Shown here piece after piece: positions 21,925-31,039 of a stretch of DNA of 64,000 nt. Source of the DNA: Oculatellaceae cyanobacterium bins.114 (lineage in GTDB: Bacteria > Cyanobacteriota > Cyanobacteriia > Elainellales > Elainellaceae); the NCBI GenBank assembly GCA_033764315.1, contig JANRJA010000086.1:1-64000 (forward strand), in the 5' to 3' direction. Under the pieces are notes generated by a model that made no database searches, was not told where the DNA came from, and saw only the letters and a program-made list of their open reading frames with translations. Positions within the stretch are counted from its first letter, which is position 1. Each line of letters begins with the position of its first letter. A program made the translations under genes and the position numbers.

Positions 21925-22158
21925 ATGACTCAAGTTAAACCCCCTAGCCCCTTGTTCAATTTCACTTGCAAAGTTCTCAAATATTACTTATTAATTGTGT
22001 TCGGGTTTACAGTTGCCTGCCTTATCAGCGGTTTGATGGGGGCAGAGGAAGTCGTGCTTCCCCTATTACCGATCGCTGGCATCGTTTTCTTGCGGATCGC
22101 AGGCTTGTTGCTCTGCCTGTTGTTGATCACGATCGTTTTTGAATCGCTGCGGCAATAG
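21925..22158 (+). CDS. Small two-TM membrane protein
   Basis: GGAG before ATG 21925; two hydrophobic helices. Confidence 0.65.
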   Translation: MTQVKPPSPLFNFTCKVLKYYLLIVFGFTVACLISGLMGAEEVVLPLLPIAGIVFLRIAGLLLCLLLITIVFESLRQ

Positions 22159-22161
22159 ATC

Positions 22162-22392
22162 TTACTCGTGTGCATTAATGGCATCACGCATCAATCGAGG
22201 ATAAACCAACACAAAAAAGCCCATCCAGGTCAAGATCGGCACAGCAACCAGCACAGTAACCCAGACTCTCTGAAACAGGAACCAACTGCCACTGGTGATC
22301 GTGACTCCTGTTAACACAATTGACCACGGCTGACACCACCAGGGTTTGTAATGCCAAACGCTGGTATTTTTTTGCTCAGGTTGCGATGTCAT
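22162..22392 (-). CDS. Conserved small membrane protein (DUF6737-like)
   Basis: WHYKPWWCQPWSIVLTG motif typical of cyanobacterial/plastid proteins. Confidence 0.75.
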   Translation of the reverse strand: MTSQPEQKNTSVWHYKPWWCQPWSIVLTGVTITSGSWFLFQRVWVTVLVAVPILTWMGFFVLVYPRLMRDAINAHE

Positions 22393-22970
22393 AAGTAGGG
22401 TTATTTTCTTCAAAGTTTAGAAAAGTTTAGAGGAATTTGAACAAGACACAACCCAAAATATACAGCGATCAGATCTTTAACTCTTTAAAGAAATTAGAGA
22501 TTTAATTTACAAAATGTCTCCTAAAAAACAATTAAAGATTCAAAATCTGCTAGGAGTTTTCTTTAAATTTAGCCTGATCTTGGCTCTTTCAAATTCCTTT
22601 TTATCGCTTAAGTACAAGGAAATCAAAATTTATTTATAGAACGATATTTCCACCTAAGAAAACAGTGGTTCATCTCTGATCTGAAACCCAGAAGCAACTT
22701 TCCTAAGTGCCTTTCGAGTTTGTCTTGAAAAGAATTTTAGATAAAAATCTTTAAAAATAGATTCTAGCAATCGAAAAAAATACAAGTAAATGTCAGGATT
22801 TCCAAAAATTGTATTTCGCCAATTACAACTCCCATGTAGCATTAAATTCGCCCCCCTGCTAAAGCAGTTTTTTTAGTTAATGAAGTTTATCTGAGCAAGC
22901 ATTCAAATGCGTGGTTGCTTGAGCACTTAAACTTTATTTTTCCTCAAAAACATTTATTTTCAAAATTGCC

Positions 22971-24845
22971 ATGTGTAGCGTTTGTAACTATTTGGGGCTT
23001 AATCCAACCCTGGCTGAAGCCACCGCTAAAGTGACCGCAACTGCGACTCCTTCGGCTGGTAGCGCAGGGTTGGGCGATTCACTCTATCCCAACTTCGGCA
23101 ATGGGGGATATGACACACAACAATACACCCTTGATCTCAACGTCACGGATGTTGCCACCAGTACCTTAAATGGCGTTGCCACGATTGAAGCTGAAGCTAC
23201 TCAGAATTTAAGTCGTTTCAATCTCGATTTCATTGGCTTTTCGATCGCCAGTATTACAGTCAATGATGCACCTGCCACCTTTAGCCGCGCTGGACAAGAA
23301 CTGACGATTACCCCATCAGAAGCGATCGCCAGTGGTGACGATTTCACCGTTGAGGTGACCTATAGCGGTTCACCCCCACCGATTACTTCCGTCGCGATTC
23401 CAGTGCCCACGGGCTGGGTGATCTATGACGAAGGCAGCTTTGTCTTGAGTGAACCCGATGGTGCCGCCAACTACTATCCCGTGAACGATCACCCGCTCGA
23501 CACAGCCGCCTATACCTTCCGAGTCACCGTTCCTGAAGGCTACGAAGTCGCTGCCAATGGGGTACTAGAAGAAACCACCGACAATGGTGACTCCACCACC
23601 TATCGCTTTGAAGCCCGCGACCCAATGGCGAGTTATCTCACCACGGTCAACATTACGAATGGCTTCAACATCGATACCGGAATCACCTCAGACGGGGTTC
23701 CGATTCGCAACTACTTTGATGAAGGCATTCCAGACAACCTGCTGGAACCGTTTGATCGGCAACCTGAAATGATTGATTTCTTTAGCGATGTGTTTGGACC
23801 CTATCCCTTTGAGGTCTATGGTTCAGTCGTGCTTAACACTGACACTGGCACCGCTCTTGAAACTCAAACCCTATCCATTTTTGGCATTCGGCAACTGGGT
23901 CGAGCCTCCACCGAAGAAACGATCGCCCACGAAGTCTCACATCAATGGTTTGGCAACAGCGTTGTCTTAGCAGACTGGAGCGACATCTGGTTGAATGAAG
24001 GCTTTGCGACCTACTCCCAAGGCTTGTGGGTTGAATATAGCCAGGGAGATGCCGCACTGGATGACTGGGTTGATGACCTCTATGACTCGGTCTCAGAGAA
24101 CATAGCAGATTATGTGCCTCCTGGAGAACCGACCGCTGACGACCTGTTTAATGGCGGTGTCTATGATCGGGGTGCGCTGGCGTTACATGCCCTGCGTCTG
24201 ACCGTGGGCAATGACAATTTCTTTGAAACGTTGCAGACTTACTATGATGACTATCGCGGTGAGAATGCCACCTCAGAGGATTTCTTTGATGTTGCCGAAG
24301 AGGTGAGTGGGCAAGATCTAGATGCGTTTTTTGAAAGCTGGATCTACAGCACAGAGTTGCCTCCCCTGCCGGAACCTGACTTGTCAGAAGACAATCTCAT
24401 AGGCAAAACAGGAGTCAATTTGGCGGATGTAGAAGGGCAATTTGTCACAGCTCGCGTGCGAGTGACCGAAAAGGGACACTTTGATAACGAGGGCGGATTT
24501 TATGTCACTGATAATCCCTATGGAGTGGTGGTTGACCCCCTCACAGGCAATCGCATCGCCCCCGGAGAAGCAGGGTATGCTCAAGCGGCTCTGCGTCAGA
24601 GTGTGAGAACCCTGGATACGGGCAGAGATACCTTCTCGTTGTTGGGTGGTTTCCACTACGTTCCCTATGTGCTGGTAGATGGCGACCCCGATAACTTCTA
24701 CACGCCTTTTGCAGAAGCCAACGAAGACGGACTCAATCACGTTCGATTTACCCCTGGCAAGTATGCGTTTGAAGAGCGAGCGGGCTTGGGCAATCGTGAC
24801 TTTAATGACTTTGTGGTGAGAGTCGATCTCGCTCCAATTAATTAA
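22971..24845 (+). CDS. M1 family aminopeptidase with C-terminal DUF4114-like domain
   Basis: AHEVSHQWFG..WLNEGFATY, YDRGA; C-terminal GNRDFNDFVV; N-terminal MCSVC. Confidence 0.85.
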   Translation: MCSVCNYLGLNPTLAEATAKVTATATPSAGSAGLGDSLYPNFGNGGYDTQQYTLDLNVTDVATSTLNGVATIEAEATQNLSRFNLDFIGFSIASITVNDAPATFSRAGQELTITPSEAIASGDDFTVEVTYSGSPPPITSVAIPVPTGWVIYDEGSFVLSEPDGAANYYPVNDHPLDTAAYTFRVTVPEGYEVAANGVLEETTDNGDSTTYRFEARDPMASYLTTVNITNGFNIDTGITSDGVPIRNYFDEGIPDNLLEPFDRQPEMIDFFSDVFGPYPFEVYGSVVLNTDTGTALETQTLSIFGIRQLGRASTEETIAHEVSHQWFGNSVVLADWSDIWLNEGFATYSQGLWVEYSQGDAALDDWVDDLYDSVSENIADYVPPGEPTADDLFNGGVYDRGALALHALRLTVGNDNFFETLQTYYDDYRGENATSEDFFDVAEEVSGQDLDAFFESWIYSTELPPLPEPDLSEDNLIGKTGVNLADVEGQFVTARVRVTEKGHFDNEGGFYVTDNPYGVVVDPLTGNRIAPGEAGYAQAALRQSVRTLDTGRDTFSLLGGFHYVPYVLVDGDPDNFYTPFAEANEDGLNHVRFTPGKYAFEERAGLGNRDFNDFVVRVDLAPIN

Positions 24846-24858
24846 GAACCTTGAATAC

Positions 24859-24891
24859 AGAAGTCGGAGTTTTCTGAAAACTCCGACTTCT
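24859..24891. terminator. Perfect palindrome between convergent genes (REP-like or bidirectional terminator)
   Basis: AGAAGTCGGAGTTTTC-T-GAAAACTCCGACTTCT. Confidence 0.65.
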
Positions 24892-26215
24892 TGGCGATCG
24901 CCCCCCACAACCTCAAATAACAATTAGTTTGAGTCTAACCAATCTTGAATTTCCTGTACAAGCCACATACATTCCGCCTCGGTTAAACTCCACTTTAGTG
25001 AATAGCTACGATCAGTTCGTATGATCACTGTCCACACTGTTCTACCATCGTTATACCGAACTGCCTGAGTTGCCATCACGTATTTAATCGCCGGAATTGC
25101 ATCCCAGAAATCTAGTTTTGTGCGTTTTGAAGTACTCCCAGAACTGACGTTTCGTCCAATTTCAAATCGATTTTGTTGAATATCAAAATAAAGATGTTGT
25201 CTATTTGTAGTGTTATCAAACACAATCCTTAATAGTTCAAGAAATAAACTGCAATAAAATAAAACACTCATCATAATAAGAAATGTTAGGAGCATTTCAT
25301 ACATTGAGTCTCCTAAAATCCAGCGCAGAGTGTAGAGAAATGCAATTATAATTGGTCCGATTCCTAATCCTAAAAAGAAGATGCGATTGGGTTTTGGTGG
25401 ATTAATTGGCTGTATCTCTAGGCGAGTTGCTGTTTTTTTAAGCACAAATCGGCTATTAGCAGGTCGAGATAGTTTAAGAGATTTTTTAGGTCGAAGCGTT
25501 TGTATTGCACTAACCGAATTGGTTTTTTTAGAATCAGAGTCCTGCTTTGCATCCAATGAAGCAAGTGCTTGTCGTGCTGACTTAAACCGCTTTTCAACAG
25601 AGGGTTCCGTCATTCTCTCAATCCATTCAATAAAAGCAGGATTAACACTAATGCCATCTTGAAAGCGGATCTTCAAATCGTCTTGAGGTAACTCTGCTGG
25701 AGCTATTCCTGTTAACAAATGGATTAATGTAGCACCAAGCGCATATAAGTCGGAGGCAGGAGCCGCTTTGCCAATAAACTGTTCCAACGGGGTGTAACCA
25801 ACCGTTCCAACCACCGTAAATGTTGTTCCGGGTAAAGCCACCTTTGACTGAACAGCTCCGAAATCAATCAAATGAATTTGATGATCTTGATCCAGAATTA
25901 AATTACTGGGTTTGATATCTCGATGCAACACAAGTGGACTTAGTTCGTGTAAGAAAACAAGAATTTGTAGAATTTCTCTAGCAATTCTCCGCAGTTCTTC
26001 TTCGTTAAATTTGTGTCCTTGTTCAAGGGCTTCCTTTAACGTGATTCCAGGAATATAAGTCTGCACCAATCCCCACCAGAGAGACTCTGAACTATTCTGT
26101 TGATCGACCTGAAAATAGTCTTGATATTTCGGAATTCTGGGATGCTTCAGACTCTTGAGCACGTGAGCCTCACGCTCAAACAGCTTGAGTTCATCCCACT
26201 GTAAATCAGAATTAA

Positions 26216-27479
26216 CTGAGATCTTGCACCATTCTCAATAAGGGTTGCCAAAGGAGCCAAAATCTGAAAGAAAGGGCGTAGCAAAAAAATCAGAAGACGG
26301 TCATGGAAACCATTCTTCAACACGCCCAAGGGCTAGTGTATAGCCTCCTCTGCTTGATGCCTAGTACCTATCAAAAAGCCAGCCTCAAAGCTCTATTGGG
26401 ACTGTTTTTAGATGCTCAAGGTCATGCCTTACCTGCTCATACCCATGTCAAATCAGCCAGTTCCTTAAGTCGATTTCTCAATCGCTATAGCTGGTCTACA
26501 CGAGGTGTAATTCGCACGACTCGTCAGGCGATTTTGCAGCAGATGGCGGCTCATCTGCCCCATGCTCGAATCCCGATTCGCATTTTGATTGACTTAACGA
26601 CCTTAGAGAAAAGTGGCAAGTTTTGGCATTTGAGTACCCCGACGGTAGATTCCGAACAATCCGACCCTTGGATACGCCTTCTTAACGGCAAACGGGGTCT
26701 GCATCTGGTTGTCCTCTACTTGGTCGTCGGGGAGTGGCGAGTGCCCTGGAGCTTTCGGGTTTGGCGGGGCAAGGGCTATGCTAGTCCTGCCCAGTTGGGA
26801 TGCAGGCTGTTGGCAACGGTGCCCAAGTCCTTGGTCAAGGGTCGAGTGGTGCTGGTGCAAGCCGATACCGAGTTTGGCACCGTCGAGTTTTTCAAGGCTG
26901 TTCGCCGTCGCGCTTGGCGACCCGTCGTCGGACTCAGGAGCAATCGCACCTTACACGACGGTCGTTGCCTCAAAGACCTCTACCGTCATGCCAAGCGAGG
27001 TCTACAGGTATATCTCAAGGGCATTGGCTATCCCCTCACCGTCTCCTGGTTTTGGCTCAAACGAGCCGATGGCAAACGAGAATTAAGGTTTGTCGCCTCC
27101 ACCTATCCTTATTCTGGAGCCTATCTCGTCGCGTTAGGGCGCAAGCGTTGGACCATTGAGGGCTTTTTCAAAACTGCCAAGCATCAGTTTGGTTTGCATT
27201 GTTTTGGTCAGGGAACCAAGTTAGGCGTGTATCGCTGGCTAATTTTGTCATTGATTGCTTATCTGTTAGCGCACTGGATTGACCAATGGTCACTCCCACC
27301 TGTGCTGGACTGGAAAATCGCCAGTCGTTTAGCACTGGAAACGTTATTGCCATCCATTATCTGGTTTCAATTACTCAAACAGCTCCAAATGAGTACAGAT
27401 ATTGCAGCACAATACGGGTTTGAAATTGTCCTCAAATCATTGCCTGACCCGCCTTATTGGGAAAGGTGCAAGATCTGAG
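26216..27479 (+). mobile_element. Insertion sequence, 1264 bp, IS701/IS4-like DDE type
   Basis: 28-bp TIRs CT[G/C]AGATCTTGCACC[A/T]TTC[T/C]CAATAAGG with 3 mismatches; TTAA duplicated at 26212-26215 and 27480-27483. Confidence 0.92.
26303..27478 (+). CDS. DDE transposase
   Basis: IDLTT, ADTEFG, RWTIEGFFK..K catalytic motifs; intact ORF with its stop inside the right TIR. Confidence 0.9.
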   Translation: METILQHAQGLVYSLLCLMPSTYQKASLKALLGLFLDAQGHALPAHTHVKSASSLSRFLNRYSWSTRGVIRTTRQAILQQMAAHLPHARIPIRILIDLTTLEKSGKFWHLSTPTVDSEQSDPWIRLLNGKRGLHLVVLYLVVGEWRVPWSFRVWRGKGYASPAQLGCRLLATVPKSLVKGRVVLVQADTEFGTVEFFKAVRRRAWRPVVGLRSNRTLHDGRCLKDLYRHAKRGLQVYLKGIGYPLTVSWFWLKRADGKRELRFVASTYPYSGAYLVALGRKRWTIEGFFKTAKHQFGLHCFGQGTKLGVYRWLILSLIAYLLAHWIDQWSLPPVLDWKIASRLALETLLPSIIWFQLLKQLQMSTDIAAQYGFEIVLKSLPDPPYWERCKI

Positions 27480-27782
27480 TTAAAGATTAAAAGCTTGACG
27501 ATAACGAGTTTATGAGGCTGAGTTTCTAAGTCTTTTGCTAACCAGGTTTGCCGTCCTCGCTGTGCCGCACCTAACCGTCGCTGAAGCTCGTAGCGTTGTT
27601 GCAAGACTTGGTTTGCTGTAAACACAGTCATTCACTCTAGATCTTCCTAATTAGGAGATTACCCAAAAGACTAGCAAAGTTAAACTGTGAGTAAGTTATT
27701 CAGTGAACAGGGCGATCGCCTCGCATATTATGCATACTACCTAGCAAGTACACCATCCAATACCTAATTTTTAGTACAAGCT

Positions 27783-28754
27783 ATGGAACTTATTCAAGCA
27801 GTAAAAAACAGAGACACATTAAGAGTTCAACAGTTATTGAAATCTGGAATAGATGCAAACTTACGAGCCAGTGTAGTGGGTGATACAGCTCTCACTTATG
27901 CAGCTTTTTTGGGGTATGAAGAGATTGCTGATACGTTAATTCAACATGGGGCAGATGTGAATACCAGAGGTGTTGAGGGAGGGACACCTCTAATAGTAGC
28001 TGCCTCTGAAGGACATACTGAAGTGGTTCAGTTCTTAATCACTTCAGGAGCTCAAATTGATGCAGAAACAAGAGATGGTTTAACTGCTTTAATCGGAGCA
28101 GCTATTGGCAACCATTTAGATATTGTTATTACGCTAATTCAATCTGGTTCTGACATCTCTCATAAGGACAAAGAAAATAAAACTGCCCTTGAGTACGCAG
28201 CAATGCTAGGGCATACTGCAATTATTGAGGCACTGATAAAAGAACCAACGAAGCTTGGCATTGAAGTAATAAAAAAGACTTTAAGCTGGTTGGTTCAAAA
28301 ACAAAACCATGAAGCAATTTATATTATTCGTCAGTCAGGAATATCGACAGAAATCTTACCCGAAATAGACTCTCAAGCATTAAACTTTGCTTTGATAGAA
28401 TCTGCAAAGAAAGGAGCAAATAAGGATGTTCAAAAATATCTCCGGGAAGGAGCAGAAGTCAATGCAAAAGACGAGTACGGTAGTACAGCATTGAGTTGGG
28501 CAGCCAAAAATGGACATCAACGTATCGTTCTGACCTTGCTTAAGTTTGGAGCTAGAGTCAACACTAAAAATCGAGAACACCACACTCCACTGAGATACGC
28601 GGTGGAGCACGAGCATCTAGAAGTAATTCGCATTCTTCTTGATGCTGGAGCTGATCCTGATATTCCCGATCAAATGGGACAAAACACATTTTTGATAGCT
28701 TCTCAAACAAAGAACGAGAAGATTATCAAAATCTTAAATGGTAATTGTATTTAA
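27783..28754 (+). CDS. Ankyrin-repeat protein
   Basis: Repeated G.TAL..AA..GH..IV..LI..GA.VN units in two blocks. Confidence 0.92.
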   Translation: MELIQAVKNRDTLRVQQLLKSGIDANLRASVVGDTALTYAAFLGYEEIADTLIQHGADVNTRGVEGGTPLIVAASEGHTEVVQFLITSGAQIDAETRDGLTALIGAAIGNHLDIVITLIQSGSDISHKDKENKTALEYAAMLGHTAIIEALIKEPTKLGIEVIKKTLSWLVQKQNHEAIYIIRQSGISTEILPEIDSQALNFALIESAKKGANKDVQKYLREGAEVNAKDEYGSTALSWAAKNGHQRIVLTLLKFGARVNTKNREHHTPLRYAVEHEHLEVIRILLDAGADPDIPDQMGQNTFLIASQTKNEKIIKILNGNCI

Positions 28755-28835
28755 TCATTTCCTCCCCTCAATTAGATTACCTCTTGTAATGAATATGCTT
28801 TTTAATATAAATCGCTAGATCATTAAGCTGACTAA

Positions 28836-29471
28836 ATGAATAGAGTTGATTCAATGAGTAAGACACAAGCAGTAGAGTTATTAAACACCTTGTTAAAGTT
28901 AAATTGCTTAGAGATAAAAGATTGGCTTCGTCAAGTGTGGAAAGAAACAGAACAGATACCTACTGAATTTCACTGGTTGGGGTTAGCTGAAGCGATCGCC
29001 TTTAAAGCAAGGAATGAAATTAATTCTGACATGGGAGAATCTAATTTAATTTGTGCAGAAGTAGCAACAAGCATTTATGATTTTTTAGCAGAATGTGAAA
29101 TAGATTCCGCTATTAAAGAATCACTCTTGAACTCTTCTATGATGCTTCGGACATATATGATTAGAAAATTTGGAGTTATTCCCAATGATCCGGTTCTTGA
29201 TCCAGAAGTCATCAATAATTGGTTCTTTAATCATTCAGAACAGTATGAGAGTGTGCAAAAACAAATATTAAAATGGAAAGAATCCGTATTACTCTCTCCA
29301 AGAAACAATGATTTAGCCAAAATTTTTGATGAATTTCCTATTGAGAACATCCAACGTTTGAGATGCATTAAAACAAGATTAAGGGTTCTTAAGTATCTAT
29401 ATGAAGATGAACACCTTAAACCTTCTGAAGAAATTTCTAAATGGCTAGCTATCCATCAAGATTTACCTTAA
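28836..29471 (+). CDS. Hypothetical protein (AT-rich gene)
   Basis: 211-aa ORF co-oriented with the ankyrin gene; no recognised motif. Confidence 0.7.
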   Translation: MNRVDSMSKTQAVELLNTLLKLNCLEIKDWLRQVWKETEQIPTEFHWLGLAEAIAFKARNEINSDMGESNLICAEVATSIYDFLAECEIDSAIKESLLNSSMMLRTYMIRKFGVIPNDPVLDPEVINNWFFNHSEQYESVQKQILKWKESVLLSPRNNDLAKIFDEFPIENIQRLRCIKTRLRVLKYLYEDEHLKPSEEISKWLAIHQDLP

Positions 29472-29566
29472 TTTCGCTGGAGCGCGATCGCCCCTTCCCC
29501 TGACACCCTTAATATTGCCGCGTCTGAGGAATTAGGTTAATCTCAGAGCGTTGAGAGGAATCGGAT

Positions 29567-30415
29567 ATGAAGTTGAAACTGGGACTAGTCGGGCGATCGC
29601 TGCTGTTAGGGTTCATCATCCTCAGCATTGTGTTATTGCCCAGTGTGGTGCGGGCGATCGCCCCTAACGCTTCATTTTTTGCCCAGCTTCCCCCAATCCT
29701 AGAGAGAATCATTCCGATCGCTCCATCAGTTCCTGAACTAACACCCGACAACCTGCTACCAGAGACCAATCAAAGTGTCTTTAGCCGCATGCCTGGAGGT
29801 CAAGATGCCCCTGCCCCTGCACCCAACCGTTTTGTGCCCCGTCAAGAGCGAGTCACGGTCAACCCCACCAACTACGATCGCCGCATGGAAGTTGACATCT
29901 ACGGCAATCCGGTCAACAATGCACCGATTGTCGTGCTCCATGAAACGGTTGGGTCTGCCAGCAGTGCCATCAACACCTTTCGTAACGCCTATGCCAGCGA
30001 CGATGACCAAGTGAGCTATCACAGCTTGATCAAACGCGATGGCACGATTGTCTATTTGGTGCCGCCAGAGCTAAGAGCTTATGGGGCAGGCAATTCGGTG
30101 TTTGCTAGCGCAACTGGGATTGAAACCGTAAAGCTTGATGCGGTTTTACCTCCCTCTGTCAACAACTTTGCTTATCACACCTCACTAGAATCTCCCTCTG
30201 ATGGACGCGGTAACGGAGCACGTCACAGTGGCTACACCGCCGCGCAATATCGTTCGCTAGCCTGGTTGGTTGCTCAAACTGGGGTTCCCGATAATCGGTT
30301 GACCACCCATCGTGCTGTCGATCGCTCTGGCACCCGACGCGACCCCCGCAGCTTTGACAGCCAGCAGTTTACAAATCTTTTAAGAATAGCTAGAGAAAAT
30401 ATCGCTCAACCTTAG
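29567..30415 (+). CDS. N-acetylmuramoyl-L-alanine amidase (Amidase_2 / PGRP-like)
   Basis: N-terminal TM/signal segment; IVVLHET, SYH..I..DG.I, RAYGAG, THR..D..DP. Confidence 0.85.
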   Translation: MKLKLGLVGRSLLLGFIILSIVLLPSVVRAIAPNASFFAQLPPILERIIPIAPSVPELTPDNLLPETNQSVFSRMPGGQDAPAPAPNRFVPRQERVTVNPTNYDRRMEVDIYGNPVNNAPIVVLHETVGSASSAINTFRNAYASDDDQVSYHSLIKRDGTIVYLVPPELRAYGAGNSVFASATGIETVKLDAVLPPSVNNFAYHTSLESPSDGRGNGARHSGYTAAQYRSLAWLVAQTGVPDNRLTTHRAVDRSGTRRDPRSFDSQQFTNLLRIARENIAQP

Positions 30416-30606
30416 CGATCGCTGCATAATCTCAGCACTTCATACATCTTTTTATACATACTCTTAGGGTGATACAAGCGTTCTATCTTAAGAGTGATAA
30501 GGTGCATCTGTTGTTTGTCTACCCTTGTCTTAGCTTGAGCTAGTCCTTCGCCGTTCCATGACGGATTTGTTGTGATGACTCCCTTTAACTCATTAGGTGC
30601 ATACTT

Positions 30607-30792
30607 ATGGTTTCCTCACTCATGTTGATCCTAGCGATCGCCAGTTTCTTAGGCGTTATTTGCTTCGGTGTTGGGGAAAAACTCAACCCTGAGAAGAAAA
30701 AGGAAAGAGAAAAAAGCCCAGAAGAAAAATTTGGAGAAGCCCTGACAGCTTATGCCAAACACTTGAACAAAGAGTTAGGAAAATCAGACTAA
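30607..30792 (+). CDS. Small protein with N-terminal TM and charged tail
   Basis: AGGTG before ATG; 61 aa. Confidence 0.55.
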   Translation: MVSSLMLILAIASFLGVICFGVGEKLNPEKKKEREKSPEEKFGEALTAYAKHLNKELGKSD

Positions 30793-30815
30793 ATGAGAGC
30801 AAATCATTGATGTGA

Positions 30816-30900
30816 GTTCAGGATCAGGATTTTGGTGGTTAAAACCGCAGATATATGAGCCAAATTGACCTGCGTCGATCGCCAGACTCTTAACCTGAAC
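30816..30900. mobile_element. 85-bp MITE-like element with TGA target duplication
   Basis: GTTCAGG ... CCTGAAC ends with further imperfect pairing; TGA at 30813-30815 and 30901-30903. Confidence 0.45.
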
Positions 30901-31039
30901 TGATGTTAATTAAGGCTAAAGTTTGTCAGGTTAACCCTAACACTCACTGATTTGGCTAGCTGCTCTCACTTCAACAAAACCCTTTAAAAGGATGAAGAGT
31001 CAAGAGTTATGGGTCAACGGTCAATCACAAGTTCACCCC

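Larger units (their letters stand above)
24924..27631 (-). pseudogene. Membrane Ser/Thr protein kinase interrupted by an IS (479 aa if restored)
   Basis: The 5' part (27631-27484: RYELQRRLG..VIVKLLIF) joins in frame to NSDLQWDELKLFEREA..HRDIKPSN..DFG when the IS and one TTAA are removed (1440 nt). Confidence 0.9.

Noticed and set aside
24924..26162. 412-aa ORF as an independent kinase
   Set aside because: Lacks the Gly-loop and catalytic Lys, which lie on the other side of the IS
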